Shown: positions 26,055 to 37,504 of the stretch, piece by piece
Numbering within the stretch: position 1 is the stretch's first letter
Layout: each line of letters begins with the position of its first letter
DNA from: Chiloscyllium plagiosum
Lineage: Eukaryota
NCBI RefSeq assembly: GCF_004010195.1
Contig: NC_057718.1
Coordinates: 105,265,683 to 105,329,682, forward strand
DNA length: 64,000 bases
Direction of reading: 5' to 3'
Made by a program: the position numbers and the translations under genes
Notes under the pieces: generated by a model
Seen by the model: the letters and a program-made list of their open reading frames with translations, nothing else
The model's database searches: none
Told to the model about the DNA's origin: nothing

Positions 26055-26469
26055 AAATGTATCTTGTTCCAGTAAATGGAACACTGAGACCCAAAGTCTG
26101 CCGGACTTCATTTAATGGACGCTCCACCCCAAAACCTGCAGCACTCTCTCAAAGAGGAGCCATGCAAACTGCCTGGCGTTTTAAAAATCTGATCTCACAA
26201 TATTGACCTTCTGTTCCATTAATAACCCTTTGAAGATGACAAGGCCTTTCTTTGCCAACATTAAAAATATCTCTGGTGGTATTTTCCATCGGTAGTTTCA
26301 GGGCTGGGGCAATTTCTTCAGTTTATTTTGAGCCTGGGTGAAAGGCTCTCTATTGTTGCAACTAAATTCTGTGGGGGCTGCTTCACAGGTGTACTGCAGG
26401 GAGGAGGTTGTAGGTAGTCAGTGTGACACATTCAGGGAGCTGAGGGTGTAAGTGCTCACCTCCTGACTC

Positions 26470-27005
26470 CCCAAAAGTCAGGAGTGTAATGGAATACTCC
26501 CCACTTGCCCTGGATGGGTGCAGCTCCAACAACATTCAAGAAGCTTGACACCATCCAGGACAAAGCAGCCCACACTTGATTGGCACCACAACCATAAACA
26601 TCCACCCCCCTCCACCACCGACGCCCAGTAGCTGGAGTGTGTACCATCTACAAGATGCACTGCTGAAATTCACCAAAGATCCTCAGACACTTCCAAACCC
26701 ACGACCACTTCTATCCAGAAGGACAAGGACAGCAGATACATGGGAACATCACCCCACCCCACCCCCTGCAAATTCCTCTCCAAGTCATTCATCTTCCTGA
26801 CTTAGAAATATATCGCTGTTCCTTCACTGTTGCTGGGTCAGAATCTTGGAATTTCCTTCCTAATGGCTTTGTGGGTCAACCCACAGCAGGTGGACTGCAG
26901 TGGATCAAGGAGGCAGCTCACCTCGACCTTCTCCAGGGGGAACTAGGGATGGGCTAGAAATGCAGGTCCAGCTGGCAATGCCCACATCCCATAAATGAAT
27001 TTTAA
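26470..27005 (+). mobile_element. LINE 3' fragment; its tail recurs at ~53640-53770 (plus) and ~41510-41600 (minus)
   Basis: VRSVMEYSP..KKLDTIQDKAA-coding segment and WNFLP-like C-terminus; family not assigned. Confidence 0.55.
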
Positions 27006-28279
27006 AAATCAGTAATGATCCGATTGATTGGCAGAGCAAGCTGGGGTGTGGGTGAGTGCATATGTGATGGTGGGTGCTGGATGGTTTACTCCTGTCTTCA
27101 TTTTGTCTGTTTGCAGATATTACAATAATTGTGGACAATGGATCAAGTCAGTGTTAAGGTAACTGTTTCTTGACATTTCCAGTAATGTTACAGATGAGAA
27201 TTTTGATTTTGATGGAATGTGACAGGAAAGGAAATGAAGAAATTTTGCCAATTAATATTTTGCTATTAATTAGCAAGCTCAAACTAAAATGAAAAACTAT
27301 CAGAGGCGTGAATAATAACAGGTAAAACATCTTGCATGGTTGGATTAGGCAGGAGAGGAAATGTCCCAGCCACACCCACACCTGGAATAAATAAAATAGA
27401 ATGTCATAAGCTTAACCCCAAATTCCTGATTTATGATGGGTCAATGCTTGTGTACAGGTATGATTAAAAATACCTGTGATATTCGTAAGGACTCTTGGGA
27501 ACACCCAAACACTTGAAACTCAAGTCTTGGTCTAATGATTAGTTCAATGACAATTCAAAGGTTCCAAAAGGACATGTTTAGAAGTTTGATTTGAATGAGA
27601 TATTGCCAACACACATACATATGTTCACAGTACACAGATAGTGAGGTGTTTCTGATTCCGGCCACTCATTTGGGAAGGTACAAATCTACGTTTGATTGCA
27701 TTCTAATAACCAACTTCCTTTAATTTTGGGAAATAGCTGGATTTGTTTGGAGTCAAGATGCTTTCAAAATAATTGTCTGACAAATGAAACTAAGTCATTT
27801 CTGTGGTAGTTGAAACAGACAGAGCTGGTATGCACTAGGGAAGTTAATGATTGACCAGCTACTATCTTGCAACAATCTCCACATATACAGTACATCACCA
27901 AGAGCTGGAGTGCTCCTGTTCCAAATACTGTAAGCTCTTATTGCTGGTAAGTGAGGGGCATGCAGTGGGCCCAGTGAGAATGGAGTACAACATTCCTATA
28001 TTCCTGGAAGTCATTCTGTAAACTGCCTGGTATCAACTGCTCAAACTCCAGCAACAATCATGACATATTTGGACATCCTTAGATGGTCATTCTGCTAAAT
28101 CCTGCCAATTTTTATTGGATATGGGCAAATAAGGTGAATAACTGTGAAGCAAATTGTTCTTAATATTTGCGCCATTATTGGTGGCCATACTTTCAGCTAT
28201 CTGGCCCTCTGTTCTGTAATTCTGTCCCTAAATTGTTTCCTCCTATTGATTTCTACATCCTATATGATCCCTTTACAGT

Positions 28280-29305
28280 AGACTGGAGGCCTGTGACCAG
28301 TGGAGTGCCACAAGGATAGGTGCTGGGCCCACTACTTTTTATCATTTATATAAACAATTTGGATGTGAGCATAAGAGGTATAGTTAGTAAGTTTGCAGAT
28401 GACACCAAAATTGGAGGTGTAGTGGACAGCAAAGAAGGTTACCTCAGATTACGACAGGATTTTGATCAGATGGGCCAATGGGCTGAGCAGTGGCAGATGG
28501 AGTTTAATTTAGATAAATGTGAGGTGCTGCATTTTGGGAAAGCAAATCTTAGCAGGACCTATACACTTAATGGTAAGGTCCTAGGGTATGTTGCTGAACA
28601 AAGCGACCTTGGAGTGCAGGTTCATAGCTCCTTGAAAGTGGAGTCACAGGTAGATAGGATAGTGAAGAAGGCATTTGGTATGCTTTCCTTTATTGGTAAG
28701 AGTATTGAGTACAGGAATTGGGTTTCATGTTGCAGCTGTACAGGACATTGGTTAGACCACTGTTGGAATATTGCATGCAATTCTGGTCTCCTTCCTATCA
28801 GAAGGATGTTGTGAAATTTGAAAGGGTTCAGAAAAGATTTACAAGGATGTTGCCAGTGTTGGAGGATTTGAGCTATAGGAGAGGTTGAATAGGCTAGGGC
28901 TGTTTTCCCTGGAGCATCGGAGGCTAAGGGGTGACCTTATGGAGGTTTAGAAAGTCATGAGGGGCATGGATAGATTAAATAGACAAAGTCTTTTCTCTAG
29001 GGTGGGAGAGTCCAGAACTAGAGGGCATAGGTTTAGAGTGAGAGGGGAAAGATATAAAAGAGACCTAAGAGGCAACTTTTTCACTCAGAGGGTGGTACGT
29101 GTGTGAAATGAGCTGCCAGAGGAAGTGGTGGAGGCTGGTACAACTGCAACATTTAAGAGGCATTTGGATGTGTATATGAATAGGAAGGGTTTGGAGGGAT
29201 ATGGGCCAAGTGCTGGCAGGTGAGACTAGATTGGGTTGGGACATCTGGTCAGTATGGACGAGTTGGACCGAAGGGTCTTTCCGTCCTGTTCATCTCTATG
29301 ACTCT
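28280..29305 (+). mobile_element. CR1/HER1 LINE, 5'-truncated, relatively young
   Basis: 164-aa ORF LGPLLFIIYINNLD...SKFADDTKIGG...WQMEFNLDKCEVLHFG; ends in the CTCTATGACTCTAT tail. Confidence 0.92.
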
Positions 29306-29943
29306 ATATAAAACTTTTAAAAAAGAAATTTGAATTTCCAGTTAAAACGTTATGGATGTCACAAGATTTCATAGTTTAAGATGATTTCTGTAATAATTAA
29401 GATTATTACTCGAGCAGAAAGCAATTTTAAAGGAAATGATATGTTCCCTTTATCACAAGAGAACCAGGATACAGGAACTAAGAAGTCCTGTTTCAAGTTT
29501 ATAGAACATTGGTGAAACTGCACCTAGAATACTGGTCACCCTAACTAAAGAAGGAAATACATGCCATAGATGGCCTGTAGTTAGGGTTGACCAGACTAAT
29601 TTCTGGGATGGTGGGACTGTAGTCTCTGGAATGTAGAAGAATGAAAGGTGATCTGATGGAAATTTATAAAATTCCTAAAGGGGTTGACATAGTCAATTTA
29701 GAAAGGATGTTTCCCCTGGATGTGAAGTATACCCTTAGTGGACACAGCCTCAGAATGGGAGAAACAGAGATTTAAAAAAAGAATGAAAGAGACAGAGCCT
29801 GAGATAGAGTGGGTCCCCTGATATCCCATTTATGTGACCCAAGTTAAATTTTGTTTGACGTTTCTGTGAAGCTCTGTTGCACATTTTAATGATTGAAAGT
29901 TGCTGTTTAAACATAAGATGTTGCTCTTGTAGATTGCTGATTC

Positions 29944-31405
29944 AAAATCACACAACACCAGATTATAGTCCAACTGGTTTATTTGGAAGTACAGGCTTTC
30001 AGAGCATTGCTCCTTCGTCAGGTAGCTAATGGAGCAGGATCATAGGACACAGAATTTATAGGAAAAAAATCAAAGTGTTGTACAGCTGATGCAATGTATT
30101 GAACAAACCTAGATTGCTGTGAAGTCTTTAATCACTTAGAATGGGGAGCATGATGTGGAGATGCTGGTGTTGGACTGGGGTGGAGAAAGTTAAAAATCAC
30201 ACAACACCAGGTCACAACCACCTGATGAAGGAGCAGCGTTCCAAAAGCTAGTGCTTCCAAATAAACCTGTTGGACTATAACCTGGTGTAGTGTGATTTTT
30301 AATGCAGGTTTTAACTGATTAATGTGTAAATCCCAGAACGTCTTTCAAGTCTCAGGCCCGAGATAACTTATAAGGTTTTATAAAAAGAAAAGTGACATCT
30401 CAGCTCAGACAAAGCATTAAAGATGTGAGTCTGTCTGTATCACAACCTTGAGTTAGACTGGTTCTATTTCCAAGGTAGGAATTTATAAAATATCACATGG
30501 ACTAACTGCCTATAGATTGGTTGCTTTTTGAACAAAAGAGAATATATCTGCAAACACAAATCTGCAAATGCAAATTCACCCCATAGACCTATATGCGTGT
30601 GTGAGGCAGAGAGAGGGAGACTCTGTATTTGTGTGTGTGTGTATGAACCCAAGATCTCAGCTGAGGCCATCCTCATGGGTACTGAACATGGCTATCAGCC
30701 TCTGCTCGGCACTTTGCGTTGCTGAGTATCGCAGTCTGCCATAGAGGATGATCACCTAAAGATCCGAGACCAAATGTCCTTGACTGTTGAAGTGGTCTCC
30801 GACTGGGAGGAAACATTCCTGTCTGGCAATTGTTGCATGGTGTCCATTCATCCGATATTGTAGTGTCTGTCTGGACTTGCCAATACCGTATACCATGCCT
30901 CAGGGCATCCTTGCCTGCAGCGTGTGAGATAGACAACACAGATACATTCTATTTTGTTCAAAAAAACACAGTCTGTAGACAGTCAGTCCATGTGCCATTT
31001 TATAAATTCCTACTTTGGAAGTAGAACCTGTCTGACTCAAGATTGGGATACAGACAGACTCTAACCTCACACCTTTAATGGATTGTCTGAGCTGAGATGT
31101 CACCTTTTTTTATAAAACCTTAAGCTAGCTCAGGCCTGAGACTTGAAAAAATTTCTGGGGTTTACACATTAATCAATCAAAACCTGCATCCCCATTCTAA
31201 GTGATTAAAGATTTCACAGCAATCTAGGTTTGTTAGCAGACCAACTAACAGTACGCCATCAGTTGTACAATACTTGATCTTTTACTATAATTTCTGTATC
31301 CTAAGATCCTGCCCCACTAACTACCTGATGAAGCAGCAGCGCTCCAAAAGCTAGTGCTTCCGAATAAACCTGTTGGACTATACCCTGGTGTTGTGTGATT
31401 TTTAA
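29944..31405. mobile_element. Penelope-like element with ~470-bp inverted terminal arms and a central GIY-YIG remnant
   Basis: 29944-30555 is the reverse complement of 30938-31404, apart from a nested insert at 30147-30302. The minus-strand centre encodes IGKSRQTLQYRMNGHHATIARQECFLPVGDHFNSQGH. Confidence 0.85.
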
Positions 31406-31408
31406 CCA

Positions 31409-32835
31409 TGTCTTCTCTGCAGCAGTTTGTTCACTGGATCTATCTATCTCTGTGTTTGTTGATAGCCTTTTTGGTAGAAGCCAGATTTCTAAGAACTCTC
31501 TGAGGTGTCTCTGATTGGCATGTCCTAAAATGGTTACTTTGTCATAGCGAATTGATGGCTCTTTTGGTCTGTGTGTATGGAGTTGAGGAAGAGTGAATCA
31601 TGTGGTTTAGTTGCCAGTTGGTCTTCGTGAAGTCAGATGGCTAGTTTTCTTCCTGTTTGACTGATGTAGTGCTTGTTGATTTTATATACCATTGGCCAGA
31701 TATACTGACAAATCAATGACACACCGATGGGCTCTTCCATCTCAGGACTATTAGAAGAAGCAGTCATGCAGAGACTAGAGAACTCAGCCCTTCCTCTGAT
31801 CCAACTATGGATACAATACATGGACAACACATTTGTTGTCATCAAATGTACAATACTGGAGGAAACACACCACCTCATTAACAATATACTCACCAGTATC
31901 AGGCTCACTAGGGAGGAAGAGAACAACAACAACCAACTCCCTTTCCTAGATGTCATGGTAGAATGGATGCCCAATGGAGGATTTACAACCAAAGTATCCA
32001 GGAAAGCCACCCACACGGACCAGATCCTCAACTACAACAGCAATCATCCCAATGTCCATAAACAGAGCTGTGTCAGGACACTATTCAAAAGAGCCAAGAC
32101 ACACTGCAACACACCAGAACTGTGCAAGGAAGAGGAAGAACTCTTATACAAAGTCTTTGCTAACAACGGATACCCCATCAGCTTCGTCCGCCGATGCCTG
32201 TCCACTAGACAATGCCAAGAAGACACTGTACTTACCAACACATTGGCCACCATTCCCTCTGCAAAGCTGTTACAACCACTAGGTATTATGGGAGCACACT
32301 AACTAACACTACACCAACTACTTACCAGGAGAAAGGACCCCATACCCACAGCGTGCAGGACCAATGTGGTATCCAAAATCCCCTGCAACAACTACAACAA
32401 GCACTACATTGGACAAACAGGAAGAAAACTAGCCATCCAATTTCACAAACACGACTGACAACTAAACAGCATGATCCACTCTCCCTCATCTCTGTACACA
32501 CAGACCAAGAGGCCATTAAATCGATTATGACAAGGTAACCATTCTAGGACAAGCCAACCAGAGACATGCAAGAGTTCTCAGATGCCTGGCTTTCTAACAA
32601 AAAGGCGATCAACAGATAGACCCAGTGTACAAACCACTGCAGAGAAGACTCAGAAGTGACACATACCCCAACAGAGCAGAACCACATAAAAACCAAATGG
32701 GACAGAACAACAGTGCTTCATGGGGGTCATGCTGATGATGTTAACCAACATGGTAATGGAATGTCTGCACGATAACCCAGCAACTTGACAAGCTAACCAG
32801 CTCCCACACGCACAACCCGAGCAACAGCTCTTCGC
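31409..32835 (+). mobile_element. Penelope-like element (RT plus GIY-YIG) preceded by an inverted copy of its own 3' region
   Basis: ORF 31727: MGSSISG..QYMDNTF..QLPFLDV..RKATHTDQILNYNSNHP; GIY-YIG segment HYIGQTGRKL at ~32400; inverted copy 31409-31690 (KHYISQTGRKL). Confidence 0.9.
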
Positions 32836-34419
32836 GAAAACCTTAAAAGTTTTATCTAGTGCCAATCCAACAATTCAAATCCCTCCAGAATGTCTCCATT
32901 GAAGCTACCTCCATCACATTCAAAAGCAGCACATTCCACTTGCTGGAAGAAAAGGTGTTTCCTCATTTCACTTTTTTGCTTCTTTTGTCAATTACTTTCA
33001 ATCTGTGACCGCTTGTTCTTAATCTTTTCATTAATGTAAACATTTTCTCCCGATCTATTCTGTGGACACTCAGGACTTTGAATACTTCCATTAAATCCCC
33101 TCTTAATCTCATTAGGTGAAAAGAAAACAAAGTTCTGCTGTCTAGCTACATAACTAAAGTTTCGCATCCTCAGAATTATTGTTGTAATTGTTTTCTGTAC
33201 CTTTTCGAATGTCTTCACATCATTTCTAAAGTATGGTTCTCAGAAACTGCTTGCAATACTCCACCTGAAATTTGTGTATTCTACCTTAGTTTCACACTTA
33301 GCTAGCTTTTATACTCTTTACTCCTATTAATAAAGTTCAAGATGCTCTATATTTTATTAACCACCATCTCAACCTGTTCTGCCATTTTTTATGCACACAT
33401 ACATTCATGCCCTGGGTATTCCCACATTGACTTTAGACTACTCCATTTATTTTATACTGTCTCTGTGTCCTTTTCATAAAAAACAAAAACCTCACATTTC
33501 TCTGCATCTTCATCTGCAACATATCTGGCCATTGCATCAAGTTGTCAATGTCCTTTTGAATTTTTACACTGGCCTCAGTTCACAATGCTTTGTATCAAGT
33601 CTGTCAATATTGAAATTGTGTTACTTACAGCAAAGTCTAGATCATTAATATACATCCGGAAAAGCAAGGGTCTCAGCACTGACCCCTCGGAAACTCCGCT
33701 ACACACTTCCCATAAAACAGAAAAAAAAATTGTCTATTTACAAAAATTCTCTGGGTGAGTGATGGGAACGATTTAGAATGCACGGTGCCTTTAACGACCT
33801 CTCCGCAGGGGAGCCGCTTTGTCACTAACACAGAGGTAAATTATTCTTGCAGTTAAATGCAAACTTGGACGAGATTCCAGAAACAGATTAACTCTTAAAA
33901 TTCCCTAACTTACCAAATACACAGAATTAAACATTCCATCTTGTTGCAGTCAAAACAGCCAATTCATGCATCACTCAGCGGCAGCAAGAGAAAATAATTT
34001 TGATACATTAGAAATTGACATCCACACATTCTTCTTTCCCAACACAAACTATTTGTACAACTGATTTGTGCCGGTTAATACAATTGTTAGCTACGTATAA
34101 CATGTATAAATTAACTTTTCTGTAGTGATTGGAATGCTCACTGTAGTGTTTGAGTTTAAAGTAGCACATGATCCCCATCTAGTGGTTACTGTGTGGATGG
34201 CTTCACCTTGCACATTGCATCTCCAATTAAATTGCACGTTGAGAATAAATGTATTTCAGTGCTACACATCAAGGGACCATTTCGAAGTTTAGATTAGATT
34301 TCCGACAGTAAAATCCCCATGTATCGAGTTTGCAAATCTCAGCTGTATTGCTATGAGGAGGTCATCAACTTTGGTTAAAGGCACTGTTGGTGGTTTAATC
34401 TGTAATGTCATGCAAAAGG

Positions 34420-34995
34420 ACACAGTGACTCTGGTTAATAGTGCTGCCTGACAGCGATGTGGTCTTCTCTAAGTCGGGGAGACCAAACGTAAACTCACGG
34501 CACGTTTGGCAGACATCTCAGCCTGGCCCACAGGAGCCAATTGACCTCCCAGGCACTGCCCATTTTAATTCCCCTTCCCACTCCGTTTCCATCCTGGGCC
34601 TCCTCCATTGACACAGTGAATCAAACCGCATATTGGAGGAACAACACCTCATCTTCTGCCTGGGCATCCTACATTGAGTTCTCCAGTTTAAAGTAACCTT
34701 TAAATGTGGAGTTTGCACATTCTCCCTGTGTCTGCATGAGTTTCCTCCCACAATCCAAAGATGTGCATGTCTGGAGAATTGGCAATGCTAAATTGCCCAT
34801 AGTGTTCGGGGATGTGTAGGTTAGGTGCATTAGTAATAGGATAAGGGAATGGTAAAAGTGAGTACTGCAGATGCGGGAGATCAAAGTTGAGAGTGTGGTG
34901 CTGGAAAAGAATGGGTCTGGGTAGGATACTCTTCAGAGGGTCGGTATGGATTTGTTGGGCCAAATGGCCTGTTTCCATACTGTCGGGATTCTATG
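34420..34995 (+). mobile_element. HE1-type SINE interrupted by a PLE GIY-YIG fragment (~34465-34690)
   Basis: Degenerate tRNA head at 34420; VGETKRKLTARLADI and LEEQHLIFCLG-coding insert; V-domain resumes ~34704. Confidence 0.7.
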
Positions 34996-35479
34996 AAACT
35001 CTACAAATTTCTGCAACAATGTATCTAGTCACAACCTTTCCTTTTTGAAAATACTTAATGTCAACTTTATTTTTCAGGTGTCCATTTTGATTGAGTGGAA
35101 ACACTGTCTATTTAACATTCATATCCTGAAGAATTGAACCCATATGCAGGCTAACACCTATGTACACTATTGAAGACCTGCTTTATGGTTGGGAGTCTTT
35201 CATATTGACTCCGCTCAGGAGTGATTTTCTAGGGGATCTTTCACATCTGACTGAGTGCAGGTCCTCCCATGGGAACCAAAGGGTCTGGACTGAAGGCATG
35301 TCTGCTTCTTATGAGTAAGGGGATAAGTTGAGTTTGAAGATAAATTGGAGAGAGTCTAGTGTGGGTTAGGTGGGTCAGGGTTAGTTGGGGTGTTGACAGA
35401 GCAACCAGGGAGTCAAGGGAAGATTGTTAAGGGAGGTAGAGGAGGCAATTGCTAGGATTACAGAGGGTGATTGATTTTG

Positions 35480-36310
35480 ATTTATCATGTACGTACTGAG
35501 ATATTGCTAATCAGACAAATCATTTTACATAAGTACATCAGAGTAATAGAACAGAATGCAGAATATAGTGTTATAGCTTTAGAGAAGGTGCAGAAAAAGA
35601 TCAACTCTAATATATGAGAGGTCCATTCATAATTCTGATAACAGCAGGGAGGAAGCTGTTCTGAAATCTGTCAGTACGTGTTTTCAAATGTTTACATCTA
35701 CTGCCGGATAGAAGGTGGAAGAGTATAACCAGGGTGGGAGGGGTCTTTGATTTTGTTGGCTGCTTTCCCGAGGCAGCAGGGAGTGTAGATGGAGTCAATG
35801 GAAGGAAGGCTGGTTTCCATGGTGGACTCGGCTGTGTTCACAGCTGTCATTTCTTGTCTTCATGGGCAGAGCAGTTCCAGACCAAGCTGTGGTACATCCT
35901 GATAGGATACTTTCTATGGTGATCTATAAAAATTAGTGAGAGTTGTTGCGGACATGCCAAATTTCCTTAGCCTCCTGAGGAAGTAGAGGCTTTGGTGTAG
36001 CTTTCTTGACTGTAGTATCAATGTGGATGGACTAGAACAGATTGTTAGTGATGGTTACTCTGAGGAAATTGAAGCTCTGACTACCTCCACCTCAGCACCA
36101 TTGATATAGACAGGACTGTGTTCTCCACTCCACTTCCTGAAGTCAATGACCAGTGCCTTCATTTTGCTGATATGGAGGGAGAGATTGTTGTTTTTACACC
36201 ATGCCTCTAAATTGGCTGTCTTGTCATTGTTTGAGATCCAACCCACTCAGGTTGCAAATTTGTAAACTGAGTTAGAGCTGAGTTTGGCCACACAGTCGTC
36301 AGAAAATAAC
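35480..36310 (-). mobile_element. Rex1-like LINE 3' fragment
   Basis: ORF 36055: ISNNDKT..AWCKNNNLSLHISKMKALVIDFRK; TDRFQNSFLPAVIR; same family as 3828-5185. Confidence 0.75.
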
Positions 36311-36819
36311 AAGTATAGTTGTATACTGGGAGTCAGTGTATTTTGCCCAAGAGTTGGTTTCTTTCCCTATCCAAGTCAGTACCATCCAAAATCTAAGAAC
36401 TGGAGACTTTCTACATCAGGAAATCTGGGTCATTGGATAAAAATATAAACAGATCTTTGACAGAGGCTAAGATAACCATAAAAGAAAACTTAGGCAAAAA
36501 TACTCAAATGGATCATTTTAGTCAAATATTCTACTAACTATAAACTATTGTTTTACTTTCTACTTTGGATGTTTGTACAGGCAATGAACAGTTCTACACC
36601 ATTTTGAACCCACAAGAGGAATTGCGTGTCAATGTCTAAGCATGGTGTTGGTCAAATTATTCAGTCAGGGTTCGAAAATATACTTTCAGCAACTGGCTGA
36701 CAAATTTCAGCTCAAATAGGAATTTAAAAAGTGTCAATCGTGGGAGGTGACATCCCCATCAAGACCAGCGTTTGTTTCCCATGAACCAAGCATCGTACCA
36801 GGCCATCTCATATTTATAG

Positions 36820-37127
36820 CTGAAAATGTGTTGCTGGAATAGCGTAGCAGGTCAGGCAGCATCCAAGGAGCAGGAGAATCGACATTTCGGGCATGAGCCC
36901 TTCTTCAGGAATCTGACTCCATCTATTGGCGCACCGATCTTTACACCGCTGAGGCTAAACGCCAGCTCATGGACACCTCCTCCTACTGCCCCCTTGACCA
37001 TGACCCCACCTCCCACCACCAAACCATCATCTCCCAGACCATCCATAACCTCATCTCCTCAGGGGATCTCCCATCTACCGCCTCCAACCTCATAGTCCCA
37101 CAACCCCGCACCGCCCGTTTCTACCCC
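36820..37127. mobile_element. Short inverted PLE insertion with 22-bp TSD
   Basis: CCAGGCCATCTCATATTTATAG at 36798-36819 and 37128-37149; minus-strand PLE 3' end joined to plus-strand RT fragment (DTSSYCPLDHDPT...PRTARFY). Confidence 0.85.
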
Positions 37128-37504
37128 CCAGGCCATCTCATATTTATAGTCCAGATAAATGAAACTGAATTTAAATTCCAGCTGATATGGGGAGATTTGA
37201 AGTTGTGCCCTGGGACTGCTGCGTATTAGTCCGCTGACAGTATTACTACGCCACCTGAAACACATTATGCAGAACTCAATCGTGCACTGCAAAATAAGGT
37301 GACCAATTCCCCTTTTGGCTGGTTCTCTTTAGTACAGATACTGCCATCCTCAAAACATTATTGTACTTGACTGCCCACAAAATCCAGGCAATTCTTTAAA
37401 ATGTATTTCCACAATGAAAATTCCATTCTGTGAAATATACAGGAGAAACTAAGGTTTAACCCCATGAAGGGCACTGCTGGAGAAATCCAACATGTCTGAC
37501 AGCA

